A DNA stretch of 64,000 nt. It comes from Antedon mediterranea. Lineage: Eukaryota > Animalia > Echinodermata. Made by a program: the position numbers and the translations under genes. The stretch lies in assembly GCF_964355755.1 (NCBI RefSeq), contig NC_092673.1, positions 36,019,648 through 36,083,647 on the forward strand. The letters are read 5' to 3'. The stretch's first letter is position 1. The number at the start of each line of letters is the position of its first letter. Under the pieces are notes generated by a model. That model ran no database searches, was not told the DNA's origin, and saw only the letters and a program-made list of their open reading frames with translations. Of this stretch, positions 1 to 11,806 are shown piece after piece.

Positions 1-2005
1 AAAGTCGCCCCAAAACAAAGTCGCCCCGGCACAGTCGCCCCATCTCAAAGTCGCCCCATTACAAAGTCGCCCCATCGCAAATTCGCCCCATCGCAAAGTC
101 GCCCCAACGCAAAGTCGCCCAATCGCAAAGTCGCCCACGGTTTTAATCATATCGGTTGCGTTTGATATCGATTGCGTTGTTACTTTGGTCACGCTAAATG
201 TCGTATACATTAATGTTTATCCTATTATATACATAATGTGTTTTAATTTGTATTTTACAGGTTTTACTGGAGTGATGTGCTTTTTAAAAATCATTAAAAA
301 AATAGTCCCTTGTTTGAAAGTTTTAAAAAGATTATCCCTGATTTAGGCCTATAGTTTCGAAAATGTTAATTTAATATGATTTTAAAATTAGTTACCAGAG
401 CCACAATTACAATTTCTTCAACCTACGCGATACCAGCTCATTTTTTAGGATAATAGCCTATAATAAATGTATAAATGTGTAGTAGGCCTTCGTATAGATT
501 TACAGTAGTTAAAACAATAACAGTGTTGTAATAGGCTACTTATTGATCATTTTGCATTTATTGACAAGTTATGTGTCTTAATTTTATAATGACTTTTCAA
601 AATGAAGAAAAAAAGGGGATTTCATCGCCGATATGATTGTTTTACATGCAGGTATTAGTAAAATTAAAACGCAACATTTTGACCATGGAAAAACCATCGT
701 ACAGTATCGTGTGCGTGTTTTTTAAAAAGGGGAATCCCCGACGGTCAGCAGAAAGACGTAGCAGCTGTGAGGAAACAGATACCAGAAGGCGCAGCTCCGA
801 TTGGATTCAGAGAATGTTTCAGATGGCGAGTCGCCTTTTATTCAACAGCACAATGATCATTTTACTGAAGAAATTTTTTTCAATCCTTTTGGTTATAGAA
901 CATTCTAATTATAATGCCTAATAAATATCCTCATATCGGGTGTTTATTTAATTTTAAATTAAACAAGACAGTGAAGAGGCACGGAATAATACGTACACGG
1001 ACGTACGACAAATACACACACGCACGTTATCATTTACGACATATAGTGGTGATATGATGCAATTTTATAATGGGATATAATGATGGGATTGCCTTTCCAG
1101 GAGTCTTACAATCAATGTTCACTGTAATACTATGTATATAATAGTAAACTGAATGTTTATAAATAAATTGTTTTACGTAATTTGTTGCATATAAAATAAA
1201 AGACACAGACGTAGCCTACGTTTCCTATAAAATATTTCACATTTAAATAATTATGTAAATTGTACTGTTAAATGACATTATGCTGGATAATACTATATCT
1301 TAAACTATGTTTACAAATTGTCATTTTTTAAGCCACACATCTTTCTCATCATAGGCCTACTGACCTGTAAAATAAAAACAAAAATCAATTATTAATATAG
1401 GCCTAATAATAATAATAAATATTCATCGACCAAAGTAAAAATAATCTAGATCGTATAACATCATTTTATCGCGACCGATTTCGAACGCGACTGATGATAT
1501 CATCGTAAAACTCCGGCGGGGTTTCCCCATCTTCAGATGGTGCGTTGTAGAGTGCGACAACGGCAACGGCGGAGTAATTACGAGGGTTTCCCTCTGGTAA
1601 GCTAGCACGTTAGAGTGCGACCGCGGAGTGCGACCGAGTGATTAGTCGGGGGCTTCCTCTCTGATATGGGGGTGCGTGCCGATCGTGTGACCTGAGACTA
1701 CATGGCGGGGCTTCCCCTTTTATGCCTACACAATCTGTGTTATTTTGTGTATCATTGCAACATTTTACGCACTTGTAAACTGTTTTTTAACGTTTTGGGG
1801 CGACTTTGCGATAGGGCGACTTTGTGATGGGGCGACTTTGCGATGGAGCGACTTTGCGTTGGGGCGACTTTGCGATGGGGCGACTTTGCGATAGGGCGAC
1901 TGTGTCGGGGCGACTTTGCGATGGGGCGACTTTGCGATGGGGCGACTGTGTAAGGGGCGACTTTGTATGGGGCGACTTTGCGATGGGGCGACTTGACTAG
2001 CATCC
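1..2005. mobile_element. Non-autonomous TIR DNA transposon (foldback/MULE-like) with subterminal tandem repeats; left end cut by the window; lies in a PRELID1 intron
   Basis: About 19-bp AAAGTCGCCCC repeats at 1-137 are mirrored as GGGGCGACTTT at ~1795-1995, ending GACTTGACTAGCATCC at 2005. A diverged inner inverted homology links ~140-265 and ~1360-1515. No intact transposase ORF. Confidence 0.75.
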
Positions 2006-2234
2006 ATTAGGAATAGGGGGCACTGCTTGACAACAACCTACAGTACTCCTAGCAACCACTAACATGTACGTATTCATGGTTTAACGTAAAGAATTACAGA
2101 TACTACAAGGTATATTTATAAAAAACGAGACTCCAACTTTGCCATGTGCACCTTTCTCTGCATGGTTTTGTGCTGTTGGGTTAAAGTTTGCTGTTGGATT
2201 GGAAGAAGTGAATAATAATTTTAGAAATTCAAAC

Positions 2235-2323
2235 CTGGTGGGATTTGGGTATTTTTGCCAAAATGCTCCTGTCACTTGTTCCCAAGTGTTCTTGAAAACA
2301 ATATTTGATGAAAAGTACTTCAT
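2235..2323 (-). CDS. PRELID1: PRELI-domain mitochondrial lipid transfer protein, first coding exon (rest of gene is left of the window)
   Basis: MKYFSSNIVFKNTWEQVTGAFWQKYPNP matches the PRELID1/Ups1 N-terminus (W.QV..AFWQ.YPNP). AG acceptor at 2341-2340 and GT donor at 2234-2233. Confidence 0.85.
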
Positions 2324-2779
2324 TATTTTATGCCGTTTTCTATAAATAAAAGGAAATGTAAATAGGCCTAGACCACAAACAAAATTGTATTAAAAAATTA
2401 ATTCTAAAATAATGGGATAGGCCTAGCTAGGCCTATATTTTTCATTTTTAGGTATAGAATAGGCGAATCATAAGTATGATATATTTGTCCTTTGTGGCTC
2501 TTCATGAATTTCGGAGTTCCATGACCTGCGGCCGAAATGCACTGTGCCCATAATAGCTTTAGACTAGCCTACCAGGCCTCTAGGCCTACTAGCTATAGGC
2601 CTAGCCTCCTAGTTTAGTTAGGGCTAGCTAGGCCTAGCCTAGAGAGAGTAATGTATAGGCCTAAGTAAGAAGAGGGCGGATGATCAGCCACATATCATAG
2701 GCCTACTAGGCCTAGGCTAGGCCTAAATGATTTCAATGTAACCTAGGCCTAGGCCTAGTTAAATTCAATTTAACATACT

Positions 2780-3200
2780 TTACCTCACATTTATATAGAC
2801 ATTAGTATTTAGGTTAGGTTAATGTAAATACGGCAAATAACAGTAAAAGAGAAGCATGGATCAACACCGGAAGAATAAAAGTTAAAAGTCGAGCATGATA
2901 TGCATGGTCGACTTAATGAAAGGTCAAAGTCTACATCGGAGTTGATGAGTTGATGGCGCTATACAATTTTCATTTTTATATTAGCTAATTATAACAAAGA
3001 TCAAAGATAGTGTGCAGTGTACTATCTTTGCTGATTTATCAAATAAATCGACTTTTGACTTTAATCGAAGTACGTAGGCGCTAACCCATGCAGTTTCGTA
3101 CCCACCCCTTAACATTTCTTAAAATTGTTTCAATCCTTCGTCCATCCAACACACTCGCGAGTCGGTCTTCAACATCCTGCAAAAACAACAGTTCAGTAAG
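2780..3200. promoter_or_regulatory. Probable bidirectional promoter shared by PRELID1 (-) and the SDR gene (+)
   Basis: Head-to-head genes about 1 kb apart, locally CpG-richer sequence, a plus-strand GTAAGT donor near 3198 and an acceptor at 3389-3390 defining a 5'UTR intron. Confidence 0.45.
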
Positions 3201-3402
3201 TAAGTAGTAGTACTTAGACTAGACTGTACTATATATTATCAATTCAAACGTATTTAAAATACTGGAAAATTGATGTAGGCTTAGATACCAAATACAGCAG
3301 CAGACTTGTTTAACGTTGTAAAGCCAGTATTTTTCAGGAATAATTAGTAGCTAGTCCATAAAATAAAACACTTTTTTTTGTGTTCTAAAGACGAAGTACC
3401 AG

Positions 3403-4215
3403 ATGATGGAAGGGCGTGTTTACATGATAACTGGATCTACAGATGGAATTGGAAAACATACAGCTCTACAATTGGCACATGCAGGAGCTACGGTCCTGAT
3501 TCATGGACGAAATAAACAAAGAGGGGAAGACGTTATTAAACAGATCAAAGACGAGACAAAAAACAACAATGTCCGGTTGTTCATAAGTGACTTGTCAACT
3601 TTAGATGGAATCCGAAAGCTGGCCGAAGATGTCAAAAAATCTGAAGGCTCTATCGATGTTCTCATCAACAATGCAGGAGTATTTCTGAAGAAGCGATCAG
3701 AAACTACAGATGGTTTGGAAACCACATTCGCTGTGAATGTTGCTGCACCATTCCTTCTCACATACCTTTTACTTGATCTATTGCATGCTGGGAACAAACC
3801 TCGTTTAATAATCACAAGTTCTATCTCGCAAACAAATGATATTAATATAGCTGATCTCCAGTCCTGCAATGGTTACCGCGACGGACATGGTGCCTATGAC
3901 CTGTCAAAGACAATCGACCTTATGATGGCTCTGGAAATGTCAGACAAATTTAATGATGCCGGAATAATGGTAAATTCTTTGGATCCAGGGACAGTGGAAA
4001 CAAAGATGCTCTCAGAAGGTTGGAGCTGTCCCGGTATACCAGTTGACAAAGCTGATAATACCTTCTTATTAGCTACTGATGCTAAATATGATAACGTTAC
4101 TGGGAAATATTTTGTGGATAACGTCGCAACTGAAATTAGTAATGTTTGCAAAGATATTAAATTACGTCAAGAAATATGGAAGAAACTGGAAGATATTACT
4201 GGAGTGAAATATTAA
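3403..4215 (+). CDS. Short-chain dehydrogenase/reductase (retinol dehydrogenase/DHRS-like), single coding exon, 270 aa
   Basis: TGSTDGIG Rossmann motif, NNAG, catalytic YDLSK (YxxxK), LDPGTVETKM; AATAAA near 4326. Confidence 0.92.
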   Translation: MMEGRVYMITGSTDGIGKHTALQLAHAGATVLIHGRNKQRGEDVIKQIKDETKNNNVRLFISDLSTLDGIRKLAEDVKKSEGSIDVLINNAGVFLKKRSETTDGLETTFAVNVAAPFLLTYLLLDLLHAGNKPRLIITSSISQTNDINIADLQSCNGYRDGHGAYDLSKTIDLMMALEMSDKFNDAGIMVNSLDPGTVETKMLSEGWSCPGIPVDKADNTFLLATDAKYDNVTGKYFVDNVATEISNVCKDIKLRQEIWKKLEDITGVKY

Positions 4216-4367
4216 ATATTTGTTTATAATTGACATATTTTAAAGGGTTTCCAATCTAATACTGGTGATTTATAACAACATACAGTAGTATTTGATTCAC
4301 ATTAATAGCTGCTTTAAATGTTTCAAATAAAAATAAATGAATTTATCTAACTGTGTGTTTCTTTTTC

Positions 4368-4586
4368 ATACATTGCCATAATGCATTATAAGCATGACAA
4401 CATAGTATACTAGTATACATTGCCATAATGCATATAAGCATGACAACATAGTATACTAGTATACATTGCCATAATGCATATAAGCATGACAACATAGTAT
4501 ACTAGTATACATTGCCATAATGCATATAAGCATGACAACATAGTATACTAGTATACATTGCCATAATGCATATAAGCATGACAACA
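4368..4586. repeat. Tandem array, 46-bp unit, about 4.7 copies
   Basis: ATACATTGCCATAATGCATATAAGCATGACAACATAGTATACTAGT repeated near-identically. Confidence 0.95.
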
Positions 4587-5097
4587 ATAGACAAATCAGT
4601 GTATGACACTAGTGATAGTGTAAGTTTGGTCAAATTATATAAACATATTTTTGGAAGCCATATTTTTACAATTATGTCCTTTATTTCTTGCCATTTTTCT
4701 CCTTTTGATTTTTGGAAGCTTGAGCAACAAATCAACTCAGTTTAAGCTGGGAGATGTTACATCTCCCTGGTTTAAGGGCAAATTAAAGTGACAATCATTA
4801 AAGTGACAATCATTGAAACATCTTCTCTACAAACATAATAATAAGGTATAGTTTATATTGTATTAACAATGTTTGAGTCCAAACGCATACATTTTATCGC
4901 TACACATATATATACAGTGACAACAAAATTAAACGTCAGCACATTGACTCTCCAAATGCACTCTGCATGTAACGCATGGCATGCTATCAGTTAAGTCGGA
5001 GCTACACTGCAACATCCTGGTTACTTGTAAATAGATTCCAACAGAATGTCCCCACGAATACAGCAAATGTATAAATGTTTTTTTTAGTTGGTGGAAA

Positions 5098-5243
5098 GTA
5101 CAACTCATAGAAAAATAGGATGAAATTGCTTCAACGTAAGTTTTTTCCTACAGGTTGGGCACTTGTGTTGGTACAACTCATAGAAAAATAGGATGAAATT
5201 GCTTCAAGGTAAGTTTTTTCCTACAGGTTGGGCACTTGTGTTG
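5098..5243. repeat. 73-bp tandem duplication covering the RNF4 C-terminal codons and stop
   Basis: 5098-5170 and 5171-5243 are identical apart from one visible substitution. Confidence 0.93.
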
Positions 5244-7907
5244 GTTCTTTATGGAATTTACAATACAAACATTGCAGAATATATGTCCACACACAGTTGA
5301 AACTAGTTGGCGTTGGCGCTTTATCTGAATTAGAAAGAAAAATAAAACAAAATATCAACATTTTTTATTTATTTTTAAGGTACTTTTAATGCAATTATAT
5401 ATTTAGCCCTTGGCTACAATTTGTCACATCAATAAATATGATAAATTTGTATTTACCATTCGTTCACTTTCCATACAAACAGGACAGACAATTTCTTTTC
5501 TTGGTGATGCCAAGGTTTCATCTGTTGATGCATTTAAGGTTTCATTTCTATATAAAACATCAAATCATTTAGATAAAGGAAATATTACTATTAATACTGC
5601 GTGTGTTTCCATAGCCTAAAGTTCTGTCTACACTATCAAACTTTATGTAACATATATTGACATGATGATATTTGGGAACAAACTAGTTTGATAGTGTAGA
5701 CAGAGCTTAAGTAAATGGTGACTGGGAACAAACTACTTTGATAGTGTAGACAGAACTTAAATAAATGGTGACTGGGAACAAACTAGTTTGATAGTGTAGA
5801 CAGAGCTTAAGTAAATGGTGACTGGGAACAAACTAGTTTGATAGTGTAGACAGAGCTTAAAGCCCCATTCCCTACGTTTTTTAGATCTAATTTAAGATCA
5901 CAAACTATATTTAATGTAAAAATAATACTATATGGTCTTATTGCGATAACTTTTTTCGTCTTTAAACGGTTAAAAATGTGAAAAATAAGTCGATTCTAAT
6001 AATTATAGCGGCCCGCTATAAATCCCAAAATGCATTGCGCGCGGATTGATATTTTTGTTTTTCACCTGTAATTCGCCCACTTTTCGATCGATCGTGAGGC
6101 CAAAACAAATGGAAGACTCCTAACTTTTCAGCGAAAATACCGGGTTTTCCCCAATTTGTATCAACGGAGTCTGGCAAAAATAGAAAGACAATTAATGCAG
6201 CAACTATACAACGTCAGGCTAGGTATATAGCTCGCGTACGATGTTCGTACGTTACCGATGTTTACCAGCTAGGCCTACAAAACTAAGCCTAGCTAGGCTA
6301 GGCCTAAGACCGTCCACGAGAGGTCGATCGTCGCGAGCTACTTACGTAGTGCATTGTTTCTCACTTTTTATCATAATTTACCATAAAACGTACATTTAAG
6401 ACAAGGAATGACATGGTTTAATGTTTTTAAAGTGATATATATGTATTATTTTCCAAAAAACGTCCAAAATTGCAGGGAAGGGGTCTTTAAGTAAATGGTG
6501 ACTGGGAACAAACTAGTTTGATAGTGTAGACAGAGCTTAAGTAAATGGTGACTGGGAACAAACTAGTTTGATAGTGTAGACAGAGCTTAAGTAAATGGTG
6601 ACTGGGAACAAACTAGTTTGATAGTGTAGACAGAGCTTAAGTAAATGGTGACTGGGAACAAACTAGTTTGATAGTGTAGACAGAGCTTAAGTAAATGGTG
6701 ACTGGGAACAAACTAGTTTGATAGTGTAGACAGAGCTTAAGTAAATGGTGACTGGGAACAAACTAGTTTGATAGTGTAGACAGAGCTTAAGTAAATGGTG
6801 ACTGAATACAGACTAAAACAGCACTTGTGTAAGAAATGTCTACATATGAGATTCAACAACAGCACTTGTGTAAGAAATGTCTACATATGAGATTCAACAA
6901 CAGCACTTGTGTAAGAAATGTCTACATATGAGATTCAACAACAGCACTTGTGTAAGAAATGTCTACATATGAGATTCAACAACAGCACTTGTGTAAGAAA
7001 TGTCTACATATGAGATTCAACAACAGCACTTGTGTAAGAAATGTCTACATATGAGATTCAACAACAGCACTTGTGTAAGAAATGTCTACATATGAGATTC
7101 AACAACAGCACTTGTGTAAGAAATGTCTACATATGAGATTCAACAACAACAGCAGCAGTTATCTTGCTGATAATATAGTCACCTTTCTGTTAATGTAGGA
7201 TTTGGTAAAATTGGTAAAATCTCTAAATCAGTATCACTATCATCACTAATGAAGGAGATAGCATTCATGTGATGCACAACAGGTGGGCGATTCTCCCTTT
7301 GCAAACTTCGTCTGTTTGCCCTTGATTGCCTTGTTGAATCTAAATTAGATAATTAGAACAATAGCTATTATACACTGAATGAAGGATAGATAGACATTAG
7401 GTGTCTCTAATGGGGCTGTACACGTAATGGATGACTTTTAAAGGCGTATATGTTAGAACAAACAAATAAAACATGCATGCGACACAAGGAAAATGTAACA
7501 TTTCCTATATGGTCATTTATCATGTGGAATGTAGTGTACTTACAACCGGAACAAGGTGTCGTCAAATCTATAAATGCGGTAAATGTGTTGCTAGCTGGCG
7601 GTGATTCTACAGTCAAGTCTATCACTTCTGAACAAAGTAATTTAAAAAAAGGTTAACATCTACAACAACAAGTGGATATAGTAATACATACTCCATTTCT
7701 AGTGTCTAGAGATACCGTTTCAAAGTTTTTGGCTCCTAAATGTCACCACCAGTGACCAGGGTGTATTCATATACAAAGATTACCAACAACTTAACTAGCT
7801 GGTTTCAAATAAATTTTCATAATTGATTTAATTTAGATACCTGTTAAATGTTGTTCATCAATTACTTCAATTGATAAATCTACAATTGCTTCACTGCTAT
7901 TGGCCAT
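5178..7907 (-). CDS. RNF4: RNF4-like SUMO-targeted E3 ubiquitin ligase; coding exons 7907-7841, 7627-7544, 7339-7183, 5547-5457, 5324-5178
   Basis: Spliced in frame with GT-AG introns. SUMO-interacting motifs IVDLS, EVIDLT and FIDLT, then a C-terminal RING: CPVCME...STVCGHIFCNVC...KCPTCRKKLTLKQFHPIFL*. Confidence 0.88.
5620..5707. mobile_element. Short MITE with AGCTCTGTCTACACTATCAAACT TIRs (copy 1)
   Basis: Inverted termini beside TTAA/CTAA; the same TIR recurs at 25566 and at 32580-32603. Confidence 0.7.
5673..6804. repeat. 50-bp tandem array (MITE right end + TTAA + flank), interrupted by a Kolobok-like MITE
   Basis: GTAAATGGTGACTGGGAACAAACTAGTTTGATAGTGTAGACAGAGCTTAA, about 4 copies before and about 6 after the insertion. 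Confidence 0.93.
5861..6486. mobile_element. Kolobok-like non-autonomous DNA transposon
   Basis: TTAA target duplication (5857-5860 and 6487-6490); imperfect TIRs AGCCCCATTCCCT / AGGGAAGGGGTCT; cleanly interrupts the 50-bp array. Confidence 0.8.
6817..7147. repeat. 41-bp tandem array, about 8 copies
   Basis: CAGCACTTGTGTAAGAAATGTCTACATATGAGATTCAACAA identical copies. Confidence 0.95.
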
Positions 7908-8965
7908 ATTGTAGTTTGGTTTAACAAAATGCAACTTCTCTTCTTGAACTAGGCTATATCTGGCAAAACAAACAATTCTCTAATAAGTTTAAAAACTATG
8001 TAGGCTAGCACTAGGCTAGCTAGTACTAGTAGTACAACTGAATCTGTCCAATCTTTCAAAATAAATAAGACACCACCACGCCAAATTCCTTATTTTATTA
8101 ATAATAATATTAATAATAAATATGTTATTGTTAATATGATATGGGATGATAAGGACATTAAGTCTAGCAGTAATCTTAAAAACATAAATTCACTTAGGCT
8201 GGCCTCTCTAGACCCGAATTTAGATTAACGTTGCCGCGTGTGAGTGTAGTATAGGCCTAGGTAGGATATCTCCTGAGGATTAGCTCTAGGCTGGGCTAGG
8301 CCTAGGCCTAGCCTTAATTATTATAGGCCGACGAAAATGTCAGAATTAATTATGACGTATATGGGACTGCATGGTTGCTGCATGCAGTGTTACTGTTAGG
8401 CCTAGCCTATTCACTGCATGCAGTGTTAGGCCTAGCCTAGTAGGCTTAAAAGCATGCTTATGATACGATGTTTCAATGTACCTTAGTCATAATTTAGGCA
8501 AAAAAAATCGGATCGTTTTCCGTCGCTGTGAGTTTAGGCTAGTCGGTTCGTCCTCTAGAAGTAGAAGAAGAAAAGCTCTCCCTGAAGAGCAATGGAGCAT
8601 GCAATAAAAAAACAAAAAAAAACAAAAACAATTATTAAGTACCGCCCTCAACGTCAACGTACAAGCCAGACTGTTAGTGAGAGGCATGCGATTCTTTGGA
8701 GACAGCCCTACAGAAATGCAGTTTACACTCTTCGTACTGACTCTTTTATTCAATAGTATATTCATCTTTATGGTATCTATTATTAGTAGCCAATATACAA
8801 TAGTAAAATGTAAAACTCATTTTTATTGGGCCTCACGCGTCGTCGATGTATATGGGTCATGCTACCAGGAACTAAAATGCGTAGGCTAGGCCGGCCTAGT
8901 TATTTCTCTGAAATAAAAGAATAAACGATAGCTGTATTCAATTTAAACAAAAAAAGAGAAACAAA

Positions 8966-9038
8966 AATGGTTAGAGATTCGAACCACAGCTAGAGGAGAG
9001 AGTATGACTGAACCACACTATACTGAGCCACAATGTAC
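8966..9038 (-). other. tRNA-like Pol III unit 1 (A box, B box, oligo-T)
   Basis: Minus strand GTACATTG-TGGCTCAGTATAG...GGTTCGAATC followed by T runs; TATTTAT about 25-30 nt upstream; no obvious cloverleaf. Confidence 0.4.
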
Positions 9039-9356
9039 ACGAATAATTTAGACTTACATCCATAAATACTGTATGCATATTCATGACCGTAATTTTGAGA
9101 GAACGAAACTTGCATTAATAATTTCGCAAACAAGATAACTGGAGCGTTGTGCTGAAGTTAAGATGGTATTGAAAAGAAGTTGAATAGAAGCCCATACAAG
9201 AGTACTAAAAAAATGAAGAAGCACATGGGCTTCTTTTCGAGGTTTTATGGTAGTCTGTTTAATTGGGGAAATGTATGCCACACAAATTTTAAAAAAAGGT
9301 CCACTTGTATCTCTCTTTCAAAATAAAAGAAAAACAATCATTTTCCATAAAAAAAA

Positions 9357-9427
9357 ATCCTGTAGAGGTTCGAACCCAGGTCTGAGAGAACTCAAAACTG
9401 AGCATTGCCCGTTACGCCACAAAGTAC
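9357..9427 (-). other. tRNA-like Pol III unit 2 (A box, B box, oligo-T)
   Basis: Minus strand GTACTTTG-TGGCGTAACGG...GGTTCGAACC followed by a long T run; TATAAAT about 25-30 nt upstream. Confidence 0.45.
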
Positions 9428-9862
9428 GTGACTGAACAGCTGATAATAGTCTATTTATACGTGTATTACGTAATTCATCATTACGTCATAAATATCATAT
9501 TAACCATGACCAATGTTGACAACACGTATGTTGTAGGTTTGATTCCCACGCTGGTCGGTGGAATAGAGTTAAAGCTATGCGAGCAACTGTGTTTGCGGTT
9601 CACATAATTATATGTCTCCCTTTCCACAAAAGGCTGTGGCAGGGCCTTTGTGATAAGGCAGGAAGAGCACATTTAACATCTTTTTTTTATTCTAATTTTT
9701 TTTTTCAACCTGTATTCGATCTCGTAAATTTTATGTTTGCCGCCCTCAATTTTAAAAGAAATTGAATTTATATTTTCATCGCAGGTGAACGAAACGGTTA
9801 TTTCAATATATCCGTTTCATGCATGATATTTTTTGTACTAATATGTTTATGAATAACAGTTT

Positions 9863-10225
9863 ATGGTAGTACAGTATAATAATTATCCGAGAATATATGT
9901 TTTAAACATCATTTAAGCATAATTTTGACATATAATTTTAGAAAATATAGCATAATCTGGCATAATTTTGAAAAACTAATTCTGAAGCATATTTCCCATG
10001 ATCTAGCATTTTTTATAGCGTAATTGTAACCAAATATACACATTGTATAATGATGTTTTATGTGCCATAAAAGCGCCAAACAAAAAGTTATCCAGGTATT
10101 TTTGGTTAAATAAACTTTTTGTTTAGCCTTCCGCTTTTGTGGCACATAAAACATCATTATATGTTTTGGTGACATTTGGCCATAATTGTTCCTAGCATAA
10201 CCTGGCATAATACTGTGCTGCCACC
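9863..10225. mobile_element. Degenerate palindromic MITE
   Basis: Imperfect termini TGGTAGTACAGTAT / ATACTGTGCTGCCA; long internal inverted repeat at ~10047-10160. Confidence 0.5.
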
Positions 10226-11806
10226 TAGCACATCAAAGATCAATCTGATGTCGGAACCTACCCCAAAGGCTGTACGTGGGAAGGCCTTACTAACTATGTT
10301 TGCTTTTATTAGGTGATCATTTAGAATAAAATGATCACCTATTGTTATTGTATGAAATCTTTATTTGGTTATCCGCAACGAAGTTGCAGGATAACCTCTT
10401 GTGATTGTACGAAATCATCATCATCTTTTTTGTCATCTTCTTTCTTTCTGTATGATTTTTGTGTAACGCTTTTCTCTAAAACTTGCAAACATAACATTTT
10501 GTTAACTATGTTAACATTTTGACATTCACGTAACGTCGTCAAGCAAAGCTTTTCATGATGTTTACAATTGCGCAACGCGACGTACGCGCGATTTAACGAT
10601 TTTCTCGTATTTAACATATGTTGAAAACCAAATAACATTTTAAAGTGAAACTTTGCAAAAGTTTAATTTATATCATGCGCTAACTGTCTGTTGAAAAAAA
10701 ATTGCGTGTTTTACACAAAGTTATGCGCGCACGCGCATTTAAAATTTCAAAATGCGCAAAATTAATTTCTAATCAACTTTCTACGCGTTTCATGTCGTTT
10801 TAAGCATGTAAAAAATTCCCACGCGTGGGCACATTTTTACGTGTGCGGTGCGCACGTAGCATTGAAAACGTATTTTTCGCGTGATTTATGTTTTTCCAGC
10901 TTTTTCTAGTAATTTTACCAAATTTTAAACAATTTCGACTTAAAGATACGTCATACGAGCACGTCCAATTGGACAATTTGCGCGCGTTTTTTATGAAAAG
11001 GTTAAAAAATTCGTTTAAAATATGCCTTTTTTTAAACAGTCGTAATTTCTAAACTAGACGGTCAAATTTTTGTGGATGACATATTCTGGAAGTAGATGAG
11101 TTTTAGATATCGGATCAGGTATTAATATGGCTAACCGGACATTGTGACGTCATCATATGGCCACGCAAACATAAAATTTAGGATTTTTGTATCTTTCGTC
11201 ATAGCTCATCACATTGAATAGAGCGCATCTCCACTTATCCGTTTTCCATTTTAACCCCGATTTTGATATTGTCTAGGTCAATCAAGTGTCTTTCGCATGA
11301 GTTAAAAATATTTTAATTTTTTTGACGTCATCATGCCTAAAAATTTAAATGACGTGTGGCATTAATTTCATCTTTACAGTAAATTTTAATCTGTTATAGC
11401 TCGTAAGAAAAAAATGTGATAATCACGATTAAAACTTTTTCTGGAAGCTATTGGATTGTAGATACGAAATTATGTAAAAATGTTGCCAATCGGATGTTGT
11501 GACGTCATCATATGGCCAGTTAAATAAAAAAGGTCGTATTTTCATCTTTTGCGTCATAATTCATTACATTTAAAAGAGCGCGCATCAATATTTCACGTAT
11601 TCAAATTTCTTCTACACGCTAATACGTTGTTGCTGAGATAATTTCCTTTCGGAATTGCTACCTTCGCGTTTCATTTTAAAACCGTCAACATGTTAAAAAA
11701 TTGCAATAAATAGCGGGTCCCGTAATTAATAAATAATAAATAATAAATGAAAACTTATATAGCGCCGGTATCCTCCACCCATGTGGCGCTCATGGCGCTT
11801 TGTGCA

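Noticed and set aside
637-921. ORF inside the TIR element as a transposase
   Set aside because: No recognisable DDE or zinc-finger motif in the frames examined.
1752-2007. Repetitive ORFs (KVAP/QSRP)
   Set aside because: Translations of transposon subterminal repeats.
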